The position numbers and the translations under genes are program-made. This document shows positions 49,880-58,720 of a stretch of 64,000 nucleotides of DNA, piece by piece. A model generated the notes under the pieces. That model saw nothing but the letters and a program-made list of their open reading frames with translations, did no database searches and was not told where the DNA came from. The stretch comes from Deltaproteobacteria bacterium (GTDB lineage Bacteria; Desulfobacterota; Desulfomonilia; UBA1062), in the NCBI GenBank assembly GCA_018434685.1, contig JAHDOV010000012.1, positions 1,590-65,589 of the forward strand, given 5' to 3'. Each line of letters begins with the position of its first letter. Position 1 is the stretch's first letter.

Positions 49880-51283
49880 GTGGAAATTCCATTAAGTGCT
49901 TTATTTGAAAATGTTGGATTAATCGCAAATGGGAAACCTGTTTTAAAGAATATTCGTAGAATTACTCCAACTCGAATTATAGATTTATGTGATCAAGCTT
50001 CTGAGATAACCTTTTATGAAAATCTTATTAATTCCAAGTCAATTTTTTCACATGCTGCCTCTGCATCAATTGGTGTTGATCGATCACCTTGTGAATGCCT
50101 TGAATGTCGTTTAAACAAAGCTTATGAATTAGCCCAGTTTGCAGCACTATACAGTGATAAAGTGTATATTAGAAATTTTTTTAATGATTACAGAAGTCCA
50201 AGCTATATTAGTAATTTCAAAAAGACTGATTTAACTGAGTCGCTAAAAAATGATTTAATTATATACACCGCACTTCTTCCTCTATTGGAAGCAGGTAAAG
50301 TTGAAATGGTATCATTTGGCGACATATGCCCGCATTGTTTGAGCATAAGAGCACTACATGAAAATTCCAAAATAGAATATGAAAAAGCGTCCAAAGAACT
50401 TGAAAGGAGGTTTTATAAAGAAGTTACTTTTTCATTGCATTATGAAGATGGTGAAGTTGCAATATCTGCCTCCGGGCCAGATTTTTTATTACCCCATGGG
50501 ACACTGTTCTTGGTTTACAGAAATCCGACCGACATCTTACCACAGAATCCTAAACTGATTGAAAAAGCAAAAGCTTCTGGTGAGATTAAGTTAACTTCAA
50601 ACCAAGCTAAAGAAATTAAAGCTGCAGCAAAATTTTCAAGCAGGATTACTGATAGTGTTGCTTTTGAGTTGGGCGGTGCAAATTTCCTTAATTCTTATTA
50701 CCTGTCTGATAGTGAGCTTGAAATAGATTTTATTTGTAGTTTAACAAGAGATCCTTTTGCACGTAGGCGTACTTCTCTTATGGGGAGATACCTTACTTGT
50801 CTAGTCCCCTTTATTGACTCTGTTAATATTATAGATTTATTGACTCTTAGAGAAAGAGAGCAGGAAGCTTTTATATTATTTAGAACAGCTTTGTCTAAAG
50901 CCATAGATGAATACAAAACTCAGGGTAAATCATTTACCGAAAGGGATGCCCAGGCAGTTTACTCTGATATTATACAACCAAGATTGGCGGAACTTGACCT
51001 TAGAATCCGCAAAGCTAAAACTTCATTTAGAAAAAGTGGCTATCGCAAATTAGTTGGTTGGGCAGGAGCTATATCAGTTGGACTTTATACTGGTATCTTT
51101 ACAGCAAATCCTTTAGCTGGTGTTGCAGCCTTCAGTGCTGCTAAATTAGGATCTGAAGTGATAGAAGATACTATGTCAAAGAGTGATGTAACAGAAGAAA
51201 TTAAGGGAGATAATATGTTTTTTTTGTGGAAGGTAAAGGAGCTTTCAAAAACATCGTCTATCAACGGACCAGTATTTAATTAA
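49880..51283 (+). CDS. Cassette ORF: hypothetical 467-aa protein with Cys motifs (CECLECR; CPHC) and a C-terminal hydrophobic helix
   Basis: It is the first ORF after the IntI remnant, follows a aggagg RBS, and is low in GC. Confidence 0.55.
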   Translation: MEIPLSALFENVGLIANGKPVLKNIRRITPTRIIDLCDQASEITFYENLINSKSIFSHAASASIGVDRSPCECLECRLNKAYELAQFAALYSDKVYIRNFFNDYRSPSYISNFKKTDLTESLKNDLIIYTALLPLLEAGKVEMVSFGDICPHCLSIRALHENSKIEYEKASKELERRFYKEVTFSLHYEDGEVAISASGPDFLLPHGTLFLVYRNPTDILPQNPKLIEKAKASGEIKLTSNQAKEIKAAAKFSSRITDSVAFELGGANFLNSYYLSDSELEIDFICSLTRDPFARRRTSLMGRYLTCLVPFIDSVNIIDLLTLREREQEAFILFRTALSKAIDEYKTQGKSFTERDAQAVYSDIIQPRLAELDLRIRKAKTSFRKSGYRKLVGWAGAISVGLYTGIFTANPLAGVAAFSAAKLGSEVIEDTMSKSDVTEEIKGDNMFFLWKVKELSKTSSINGPVFN

Positions 51284-51287
51284 GAAA

Positions 51288-51350
51288 TAGTCAACAAAAG
51301 GTTGCATCCGACGCGCTTTGTGCGCGGCTGACCCTTATCGTTATCTGTAA
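51288..51350 (+). repeat. attC-like site
   Basis: The sequence aacaaaaggttgcatccgacgcgctttgtgcgcggctgacccttatcgtt contains an imperfect palindrome. Confidence 0.45.
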
Positions 51351-51366
51351 AGGAAGATGCATATAG

Positions 51367-51975
51367 ATGAGAACAAATAGTCGTTTGATCTTGACAACAT
51401 GTTTATTAATCGTGCTCTCGTTAATAGTTTATTCCTCAATAGGTTATTCATTTATTTTCAATTGTCCCGAAGTCATTATTGTTGATAGAAGTGCAAATGA
51501 AAGGGATCTATTCTCTCTTTTGCAAGTTATTGTTGGTGGTTCAATTGGAATTATTGGTAGTGTCATTGGTGCTGTTATAGTCTCCTTATTAAGATCACGA
51601 AATGAAAGAAGAACCTTTCTACGATCTAAGTCAGAGGAAATACTCTATCTCGCTTATCAATGCGATGAGTGGCTTGATAAGTTGATTCTTGGCTATCTAA
51701 TCCAAGGAGATATTGATACAATATTTAAGAAATATCCTGTTAACAGGCTTAAGGTTCTTCAAACGAAATATTTCCCAACTCTTAAAGATGATGTAGACTC
51801 TCTCCTTGCTTCTGTAAAAGAATTTCGGACAGCTATCATATCAGAACGAAATGATTTCATTAAAGTCAAAGAATATAGCCCAGAATTTAAAAAGAAATAT
51901 GATCCATTACAATCTAATGTCTTGAAATCGATTGCAGAGATCGAGAAGAAAGTTGCTTTATTAAAATATGTTTGA
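51367..51975 (+). CDS. Cassette ORF: hypothetical protein with 2 TM and a cytoplasmic domain (202 aa)
   Basis: A low-GC ORF. Confidence 0.5.
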   Translation: MRTNSRLILTTCLLIVLSLIVYSSIGYSFIFNCPEVIIVDRSANERDLFSLLQVIVGGSIGIIGSVIGAVIVSLLRSRNERRTFLRSKSEEILYLAYQCDEWLDKLILGYLIQGDIDTIFKKYPVNRLKVLQTKYFPTLKDDVDSLLASVKEFRTAIISERNDFIKVKEYSPEFKKKYDPLQSNVLKSIAEIEKKVALLKYV

Positions 51976-51998
51976 CCAAACAATAAGCAAGGAAACAG

Positions 51999-52055
51999 AT
52001 AACCAAAGAATGCACCGGACGGCTTTCAGCCGCCGGTGATCCTTGGCGTTATGCA
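51999..52055 (+). repeat. attC-like site
   Basis: The sequence gATAACcaaagaatgcaccggacggctttcagccgccggtgatccttggcGTTATgc. Confidence 0.55.
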
Positions 52056-52124
52056 TCACTGCTGATGACATATTAACCTTGAGAATGACTGAACATGGTG
52101 AACATTGAAGGAGGAATACTAATG

Positions 52125-52826
52125 AAATATTCTCCAATGTTTATAATTTTATTCTTATCAATTTTTGCCACATCTTGGGCTGCTGAAAAAAAAGAAACAT
52201 CGCATTATGAGGTCGTAGACGAATATATAAGGTCACTTGGAACGACCTATAATTTACAGCAGGTGGCAAAAAAGGATATAGAAGTTGATAATAAATCTGA
52301 TGATCCTGCCATTGCGGGTTTGATGTCTGGCATCCGTAACAGCACACGAGTAAAACTGGAACTCAATTATAGCATTCAAAAACTCAAAGGAATGAACCTC
52401 AATAATCCTTTTGACACCTTGCTTCCTACAACTATTGATTTCTACAAAAATAAACATGAACTTCATGATGATTTAATCAAAATAGCAACAAATCTTTTAT
52501 CAGGTCCCAAACCTGGAGTTGATTACGGAAAAATGGCTGCGATAATGCCACAGATAACGGCTCAAGTTGAATATATCGATGAATCTATCTTCCAATTAAT
52601 GCCTATGGTGTTTGCTCTACTAATAGATACGAAACCAGACAGTGAAGGGCACATGAGTCATCTGAACATAAGCACTGCACAGAAACTAAAACTTATTGAT
52701 AGTATAAATGGGTATTTCGGTGAGAGCTTGGATCAGAAGGATAAGAACTGGACTGTGAGTTCTGCTGCTGTGCTAAAAGCATATTTATTAAAGGATTATA
52801 AATGTACTGATGAATGGCATAAATAA
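52125..52826 (+). CDS. Cassette ORF: hypothetical secreted protein
   Basis: It has a signal peptide (MKYSPMFIILFLSIFATSWA). Confidence 0.5.
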   Translation, partial: KYSPMFIILFLSIFATSWAAEKKETSHYEVVDEYIRSLGTTYNLQQVAKKDIEVDNKSDDPAIAGLMSGIRNSTRVKLELNYSIQKLKGMNLNNPFDTLLPTTIDFYKNKHELHDDLIKIATNLLSGPKPGVDYGKMAAIMPQITAQVEYIDESIFQLMPMVFALLIDTKPDSEGHMSHLNISTAQKLKLIDSINGYFGESLDQKDKNWTVSSAAVLKAYLLKDYKCTDEWHK

Positions 52827-52842
52827 AAAACTGCATAACAAA

Positions 52843-52900
52843 AGGATGCACCGGACGGCTATCAGCCGCCGGTGATCCTTGCCGTTATGAGGTAATCTAC
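52843..52900 (+). repeat. attC-like site with two extrahelical bases
   Basis: The sequence cATAACaaaaggatgcaccggacggctatcagccgccggtgatccttgccGTTATga. The ends ATAAC and GTTAT are complementary, and ggatGcaccggAcggc pairs with gccgccggtgatcc with two unpaired bases. Confidence 0.6.
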
Positions 52901-52916
52901 AATAAAGACAATTCAA

Positions 52917-53459
52917 ATGAATCAATTTGAGAAACGAAATGAAGTAGCAATATATTGGTTCAATAAGTCATCTGACTTAAGAGGATCTGCTGCTGACCTA
53001 TGGACAAGTCAAGAGGAGAAACAATCAGAATCAATAGTGCAAAAGTGTGGACTTGGGCAAGGTTTTATTATGGCTGCGGCAGTGGGATCGGTATTTTGGA
53101 TGCTTTGTGGGATGTCTTTAGAGTTACAATATAAAGCCATTATTGTTGCAAAAGGTGAAAGAGCAGTACATTCTCATGACCTTGTTAAGTTGGCTAAATT
53201 GGTTGGATTACATGTTGATAAGAAGACAGAAACTGTTCTGAAGATATTGACCGAATCAATAATCTGGTATGGTCGATATCCAGTACCCAAAACTCAAGAG
53301 CCTATGGAAAACCTTCATGATCTCTTAGATGATTTTTTTTATGATGATGCACCACCAGGTAAGTTCAAAATTCGAAAAAGGAATGTTTCTCTCAGTTGGA
53401 ATTTATTTAATAGGTTATGGTTAGATGGAAGCAAAATTTACTGGGAATACACCTCATAA
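52917..53459 (+). CDS. Cassette ORF: hypothetical protein (180 aa)
   Basis: A low-GC ORF. Confidence 0.5.
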   Translation: MNQFEKRNEVAIYWFNKSSDLRGSAADLWTSQEEKQSESIVQKCGLGQGFIMAAAVGSVFWMLCGMSLELQYKAIIVAKGERAVHSHDLVKLAKLVGLHVDKKTETVLKILTESIIWYGRYPVPKTQEPMENLHDLLDDFFYDDAPPGKFKIRKRNVSLSWNLFNRLWLDGSKIYWEYTS

Positions 53460-53514
53460 CCAGCGCATCCAGGCGGACGGCTTGCAGCCGCCGCTGATGC
53501 ACAAGCGTTGTGCG
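53453..53514 (+). repeat. attC-like site
   Basis: The sequence CATAACcagcgcatccaggcggacggcttgcagccgccgctgatgcacaagcGTTGTgc. Confidence 0.5.
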
Positions 53515-53523
53515 AAAACTCAT

Positions 53524-54156
53524 ATGAAAATAGATACGATAAAAAATAATGCCCGATTAGTTTGGCGTTACCTTATTTCACGTGACTTGTCCTTCTGGTC
53601 AGTTGTGGCAACGCTTCTCCTTGTACTCATCACCCTGGCTTTAGCCGTCACCACCAAACAAATGGCTGATGTAATGTCAAGAGACTATATGGTTCGCACA
53701 ATGCCAGTTTTCCGAACGACAACGCCGCAGGTGACGACTACGGATAATGAGACAATTTTAACCTTCATGGTCGCAAACGTAAGCCAAGGCATCGCTAAGG
53801 GTACAGTTCATAATGTTTATATTGAAGACACTATTGGCAATATAGTTCCTGTGCAAAATGTAGTTGTCGGAAAGGGCACTTGGGCGAAGAAGCTGAATGA
53901 GATACCAATAGACTATGTTTCAGGTACAAAGGAGATTATCAAGCTGACTTGGCCGTTGAATTCGGTATCGCCACAAAAAATAGAGACGGTCGTTATTGTG
54001 TTGGAATTCACGACACTTTTCGACGAAAAACTACACAGATACATTGAAGGCTTTATTTATGAACCTGATCACAATAACCTTGATCCAATGACGCAGGATA
54101 GGCTTTCGCTTGTTCTTGAAAAAATCGAGAAGAAGACCGGAAGGAAGATTAATTAG
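53524..54156 (+). CDS. Cassette ORF: hypothetical membrane-anchored protein
   Basis: An N-terminal TM helix (FWSVVATLLLVLITLALAV). Confidence 0.5.
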   Translation: MKIDTIKNNARLVWRYLISRDLSFWSVVATLLLVLITLALAVTTKQMADVMSRDYMVRTMPVFRTTTPQVTTTDNETILTFMVANVSQGIAKGTVHNVYIEDTIGNIVPVQNVVVGKGTWAKKLNEIPIDYVSGTKEIIKLTWPLNSVSPQKIETVVIVLEFTTLFDEKLHRYIEGFIYEPDHNNLDPMTQDRLSLVLEKIEKKTGRKIN

Positions 54157-54159
54157 TGA

Positions 54160-54230
54160 GAAAACGCACAACCTCAGCATCCAGGTGGACGCGGGCTTTC
54201 GCCCGCGCCACTGATGCTGGCCGTTCGACG
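54160..54230 (+). repeat. attC-like site
   Basis: The sequence acaacctcagcatccaggtggacgcgggctttcgcccgcgccactgatgctggccGTTCGAC. Confidence 0.5.
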
Positions 54231-54242
54231 GAATTTTAACTT

Positions 54243-54770
54243 ATGAGTGATTTTACAGACAGATATATCATAGATGGGAAATTTGATATTTGCCGCCTGA
54301 TCAATGACGATTTTGTTCTAGCAATAAAGGAAACATGGAATAAGAAGCATTATACTTCATGTTTAAAATTACTTGTTTCCTTCATTGATACTATGGCTTT
54401 TGTTGAAAATGGTGATAGCTCAAGTGCTTTCTTTAAAAAGTGGGTAAGTACGTATGTTGATTTGGCTCCCATAGGTATTTCTCCTGATGAGTTATGGGAA
54501 CACAGGAATGCTCTTCTTCATATGTCTACGTATGATTCTCGCAAGGTATTGTCTGGGGCTATCACGCGATTAGTTCCCTATGTTGGTTCCTCGGAGCCTT
54601 CAATAAACGAAAATACTGCAAAGTATTATTCACTGTATTCGCTAATTATGGCTGTCATGCAAGGCTTGGGTAAGTATATTTTGATCATGGAAAATAATAA
54701 TGCCATGCGGCAACGCTTCTGTGACAATTATGAAAAAACAATATCTGATTCTCATTTTATCATACCATGA
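54243..54770 (+). CDS. Cassette ORF: hypothetical protein (175 aa)
   Basis: A low-GC ORF. Confidence 0.5.
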   Translation: MSDFTDRYIIDGKFDICRLINDDFVLAIKETWNKKHYTSCLKLLVSFIDTMAFVENGDSSSAFFKKWVSTYVDLAPIGISPDELWEHRNALLHMSTYDSRKVLSGAITRLVPYVGSSEPSINENTAKYYSLYSLIMAVMQGLGKYILIMENNNAMRQRFCDNYEKTISDSHFIIP

Positions 54771-54771
54771 A

Positions 54772-54832
54772 GCGCCGAACCAGCCACTGCAGCCGACGCG
54801 TTACCCGCGCGGCTGACCGGCACGTTGGATTC
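54772..54832 (+). repeat. attC-like site
   Basis: The sequence ccgaaccagccactgcagccgacgcgttacccgcgcggctgaccggcacGTTGGat. Confidence 0.5.
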
Positions 54833-54934
54833 ATTTAGATAAATATGAGTGAGAAAGGAGGTTGTATTATGAAAGAAATATTTTATGAGGGTTATAAAAT
54901 TACCGCATCACCTGATCAATTAGCAGAGTATAAT

Positions 54935-55168
54935 AAATGGGGTCGGACCAAGATAACTAATTGAAATGATGTTTAAAAGTGCTTTAAATTGGCCTTTTTT
55001 TGACCTTAGAGCCGCCATTTCAGGCCCGAAAAAGTGGTTTTAAGCTTTACCCCAACTTCTTACAGTGCCCATTTTGACACCGAAAAGCATGTTCTAAGCC
55101 CTGAAAATACCTGTTTTTGGAACATAAATAAAGATATATCAACAAGTTGACTTGGTCCGACCCCATTT
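54935..55168 (+). mobile_element. MITE-like non-autonomous element (~234 bp) with 19-bp perfect terminal inverted repeats
   Basis: The TIRs are TAAATGGGGTCGGACCAAG and CTTGGTCCGACCCCATTTA. It has no ORF and contains internal duplications. Confidence 0.6.
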
Positions 55169-55260
55169 AGTTAGATTTTGGGGTCACCCATTTTCATTTT
55201 CTGCATTCCTGAGCTTTGACGCGAGATGGCGAAAACATGGTTAGAACGGAGGGATACATT

Positions 55261-55680
55261 ATGCCAGCAGAAATAATAAATGATGCGTTATTAGATCAAT
55301 TGAACACCAAGGTGACCGAATACCTGACTGTATCTGGAAATTGCGCACAAACCAGTTTTTTGACACTCCAGGAAGGATTCAACCTGGAAGGTGGAGCAAT
55401 TCTGAAAGCACTTACCCCTTTCCCTGGCATTGGTTTACGCGGTGAAACCTGCGGTGCTGTCATTGGATCGCTCATGGCACTCGGGCTGGTGTATGGACGT
55501 GGTCGAGATCAGCTTGGGGATTGGTCTGCTTTTTACGCGTCACTTCGACCGGCGAGACGATTTTGTCGAGCATTTGAAAAAGAATATGGCAGCACAATGT
55601 GTGGCGATATAGTAGAGGCACAATTTGGGAAGCGTTACAATCTGGCTGATCCTGCAGAATCAATGGAATGGTACACTTGA
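55261..55680 (+). CDS. C_GCAxxG_C_C family protein (putative redox-active cassette ORF)
   Basis: It has the GNCAQTSFLTL signature and downstream CG and C residues. Confidence 0.5.
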   Translation: MPAEIINDALLDQLNTKVTEYLTVSGNCAQTSFLTLQEGFNLEGGAILKALTPFPGIGLRGETCGAVIGSLMALGLVYGRGRDQLGDWSAFYASLRPARRFCRAFEKEYGSTMCGDIVEAQFGKRYNLADPAESMEWYT

Positions 55681-55682
55681 GG

Positions 55683-55795
55683 GAAAACAGGGGACGTCCA
55701 TGAAATATGGACATTTAAAAACGGAACCCTTCAGAATAGACATGATACCCATATCAAATGTCACAATTTCATGGACGTCCCTTAAATGCTCCCAC
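55683..55795 (+). repeat. Inverted-repeat element at a cassette boundary
   Basis: The structure is ggggacgtccatgaaat - ~75 nt - atttcatggacgtccc. The head motif gggaaaacaggggacgtcc recurs at 49209, 59636 and 62324. Confidence 0.45.
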
Positions 55796-56164
55796 GCCAG
55801 TTGCAGTACGCTCTGATAAACTTTTTGAAAATTGCCTTTAGATCCAATTTTTTGGCATAGATGCCTTCTTTTGTATAATTTCTAAATTATTTCGCCTGCC
55901 TCCCGGTAAACCAGTGCACTATTTCAAATATCCCGGCGTATTTCTTGCTTGAGACTTGACATACAACCTGATGTCTGAAATACAAGAGGTCATTAAAAGC
56001 AATGTACTATTCCTTTCTATATTGCTTTTGCGAGTCTGTAAGAAACATCTTTTGGGTCAATAAAAATAGAGATAATGGGTAATAGTGGGCCGCTGTTTCC
56101 TGTTTTATTCGGGTAGGACTTACTTAGGGTATTAATTTCCGATTCTATACTTATCACCAGGAGA

Positions 56165-58135
56165 ATGCAAATGAAGAAAAGGTTATTGATCACATGTTTG
56201 TCTCTTGTTGTTCTGATTATGAATGCAGGGTGCGGTGGAAACGATGGCAAGACGGTTGACGATACCACCCCCATTGCCAACACCGCTCCCATTGCCGATG
56301 CCGGTTCAGATCAGGAAGTCTCGACGGGCGCTCTGGTGACGCTTGATGGCAGCGCAAGCAGTGACGCAGATGGGGACGCGCTCACGTATGTGTGGTCTTT
56401 GACTTCCGCACCATCTGGAAGTTCAACCGTTTTGACGGCCGCCGATACTGCCGGGCCGACCTTCACTCCCGATTTTGATGGGGAATACGTCCTGAGCCTG
56501 GTTGTCAACGACGGCACGATTGCCAGTCCGGCGGATACCATGACGGTTTCCGCATCCACTGCGAATTCAGCGCCTGTGGCCGATGCCGGTTCAGACCAAA
56601 CGCTTGTATTCGGCACGCCTGCCACGCTCGACGGCAGTGCGAGCAGTGATACGGATAGCGACTCGCTCACCTATACCTGGAGTTTTGTGTCCGTGCCGGC
56701 GGGGAGTGCGCTGACCCAGCTGACGGATGGCGCCACTGTTGCGCCAAGCTTTACGCCCGATGTAATGGGCGCATATGTCGTCCAGCTGATCGTCAGTGAC
56801 GGGCTGATCGAGAGTCCTGCCGATGCCTTGACGGTCAGGGCGGTGTCTCCGTTCATCGCAGGGATCGCGACGACCCCCCAGCAGGTTGATGGAGATCTCT
56901 TCAGTTCAATAGATGAACCCCAGGTGGCAATTAACGACTCAGGGGACATTGTAGCCGTGTGGATTACCGACGATGGGGGCGAAGAGGAAAGTGTCTACGG
57001 CAATCGCTACGATGCCGTCGGCGGAACCTGGACGACTCCGACGCTGCTGGAGACCAACGATGTTGCCTACCCGGAATCACTTGAGCTGGCCATTGACGCC
57101 TCGGGCAATGCGGTTGCTGTCTGGCGCATGTATAATTACTACGGAATTAACCACATTTACGCCAACCGTTACGATGCCGGAGACGATGCATGGGGAACCG
57201 CCGTGGTTCTCGATACGACCACGCAAGACACCTCATATCCGGATGTCGGCATGGACAGCGCGGGGAACGCCATCGCGGTTTGGCTGGAAACCCTGCCAAG
57301 TGGCAATGAGGCCATTATATCCAGGCGGTATGACGTCAATTCCGACACCTGGGTTGCGTCAGAGTCGTTGGACTACCAGACGGTCAATCAATGGGAGCCG
57401 CGTGTGGCGGTCAACGCCTCCGGTAGCGCGATCGCGGTGTGGAGCCAGCAGTATGGCCCTCTGGGGAACGAAATAGACGTTTACGCCCAACTCTATGATC
57501 CGGACACCGGTTGGGGTGCGGGTCAGCGCCTCGATGCCCTGCCGGGGGATGCTATGCATCCAGCTCAGCCGGCCATCGATGCTGCGGGAAATGCCGTGGT
57601 GATCTGGAAACAGAACGACGACGACAACACCCCAATGACAGAGAGCCTGTATGCCAATTTTTACACCGCCGGAGACGGCCTCTGGGGAGGCAGCGTGCTT
57701 CTGGAGACCCTTTCCGACCGAGTGGAATCGGCGCCTCAGGTGGCCATGGACGGCAACGGGAACGCCATGACCGTCTGGACCCACTATAATTTCACCCTGG
57801 ATCGGGATGTTTATGCCAGCCGCTACGATGCGGCGGACGGCTGGGGAACTCCCGTACTCCTCGAGACGGATACGGCGGCCGCCTATAATGCGGAGGTGGT
57901 GATGGATGGCAGCGGCAATGCGCTTGCCCACTGGGAGCACCATCTTGGCGCCTATTCCAGCGCCCCGGCAGTCCCCGTTATCAATCGTTATGACGCGGCC
58001 ACGGACAGTTGGGGAGGCATGGAGCAACTGGACGATCGGGGCAATGAATCCGCCATAGCTGCCAACGCATCCGGCCAGGCGGTGATCATTTGGGTAAAAG
58101 ATTATGATTACGTTTATTCAAGCCGGTTAGAATAA
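56165..58135 (+). CDS. Lipoprotein with two PKD-like domains and a 7-repeat (beta-propeller-like) C-terminal region
   Basis: It has a lipobox (MNAGC) and two IADAGSDQ...LDGSASSD.DGD.LTY.WS units. Seven repeats of ~45 aa each contain (D/N)xxGNA(V/I)AVW. Confidence 0.7.
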   Translation: MQMKKRLLITCLSLVVLIMNAGCGGNDGKTVDDTTPIANTAPIADAGSDQEVSTGALVTLDGSASSDADGDALTYVWSLTSAPSGSSTVLTAADTAGPTFTPDFDGEYVLSLVVNDGTIASPADTMTVSASTANSAPVADAGSDQTLVFGTPATLDGSASSDTDSDSLTYTWSFVSVPAGSALTQLTDGATVAPSFTPDVMGAYVVQLIVSDGLIESPADALTVRAVSPFIAGIATTPQQVDGDLFSSIDEPQVAINDSGDIVAVWITDDGGEEESVYGNRYDAVGGTWTTPTLLETNDVAYPESLELAIDASGNAVAVWRMYNYYGINHIYANRYDAGDDAWGTAVVLDTTTQDTSYPDVGMDSAGNAIAVWLETLPSGNEAIISRRYDVNSDTWVASESLDYQTVNQWEPRVAVNASGSAIAVWSQQYGPLGNEIDVYAQLYDPDTGWGAGQRLDALPGDAMHPAQPAIDAAGNAVVIWKQNDDDNTPMTESLYANFYTAGDGLWGGSVLLETLSDRVESAPQVAMDGNGNAMTVWTHYNFTLDRDVYASRYDAADGWGTPVLLETDTAAAYNAEVVMDGSGNALAHWEHHLGAYSSAPAVPVINRYDAATDSWGGMEQLDDRGNESAIAANASGQAVIIWVKDYDYVYSSRLE

Positions 58136-58159
58136 AGGGTGAAAGCAGGGTCAAGGCAG

Positions 58160-58275
58160 GGTCAAGGGGTCAGGTCTCAACAATCAATAACTATATTCAA
58201 TTTGTCAAATGTTGAGACGCGACCCCTATTTACTACGACCCCTATTTACTATTTACTACGACCCCTATTTACTAT
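58160..58275 (+). repeat. attC-like palindrome followed by 3.5 tandem copies of a 16-nt unit
   Basis: The palindrome is gggtcaggtctcaaca ... tgttgagacgcgaccc. The tandem unit is cgacccctatttacta. Confidence 0.45.
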
Positions 58276-58420
58276 TCATGCGAAAAAGCACCGCATACAA
58301 TTGTAGGCCGGGGTGGTGACTAAGTCGGCTCCCTGATATCCTGCAAAGACTCTGGATTCCCGCCTGTTCGCGGGAATGACTGATGTGCCCTTTTTGATGG
58401 TATAACTGGGGTCGTATAAC

Positions 58421-58612
58421 TGGGGTCGGACCAAGATAACCAATTGATATAATGTTTAAAAGTGATTAAAAAGGGCCTTTTTTTGCCCTTAGAACCAGCA
58501 TTTTAGGCCCAAAACAGTGGCTCTAAGCTTTGAAAACACTTTTTCCGGCACATAAATATCAACATATCTGCAAGCTACCTTGATCTTACTCCAAAAAACA
58601 GTATTGGGACGT
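58421..58612 (+). mobile_element. Second, degenerate copy of the MITE-like element
   Basis: It has a left TIR TAACTGGGGTCGGACCAAG with a duplicated head, a shared core ...aagggcctttttttgccc..., and an eroded right end. Confidence 0.45.
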
Positions 58613-58720
58613 TTCTATTTTTCAAATTATTATTAAGTCGGCTATACATGGTCCGACAGGGACTGCGGCCTTTTCGGCCAGTGAGCCACGCACGTTGCAT
58701 GCAATGCTGTCCAAGGAGCC

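Noticed and set aside
58216-58275. A possible CRISPR array (tandem cgacccctatttacta units)
   Set aside because: The units are 16 nt and directly abutting with no spacers, and there are only about 3.5 copies. This is a simple tandem repeat, not a CRISPR.
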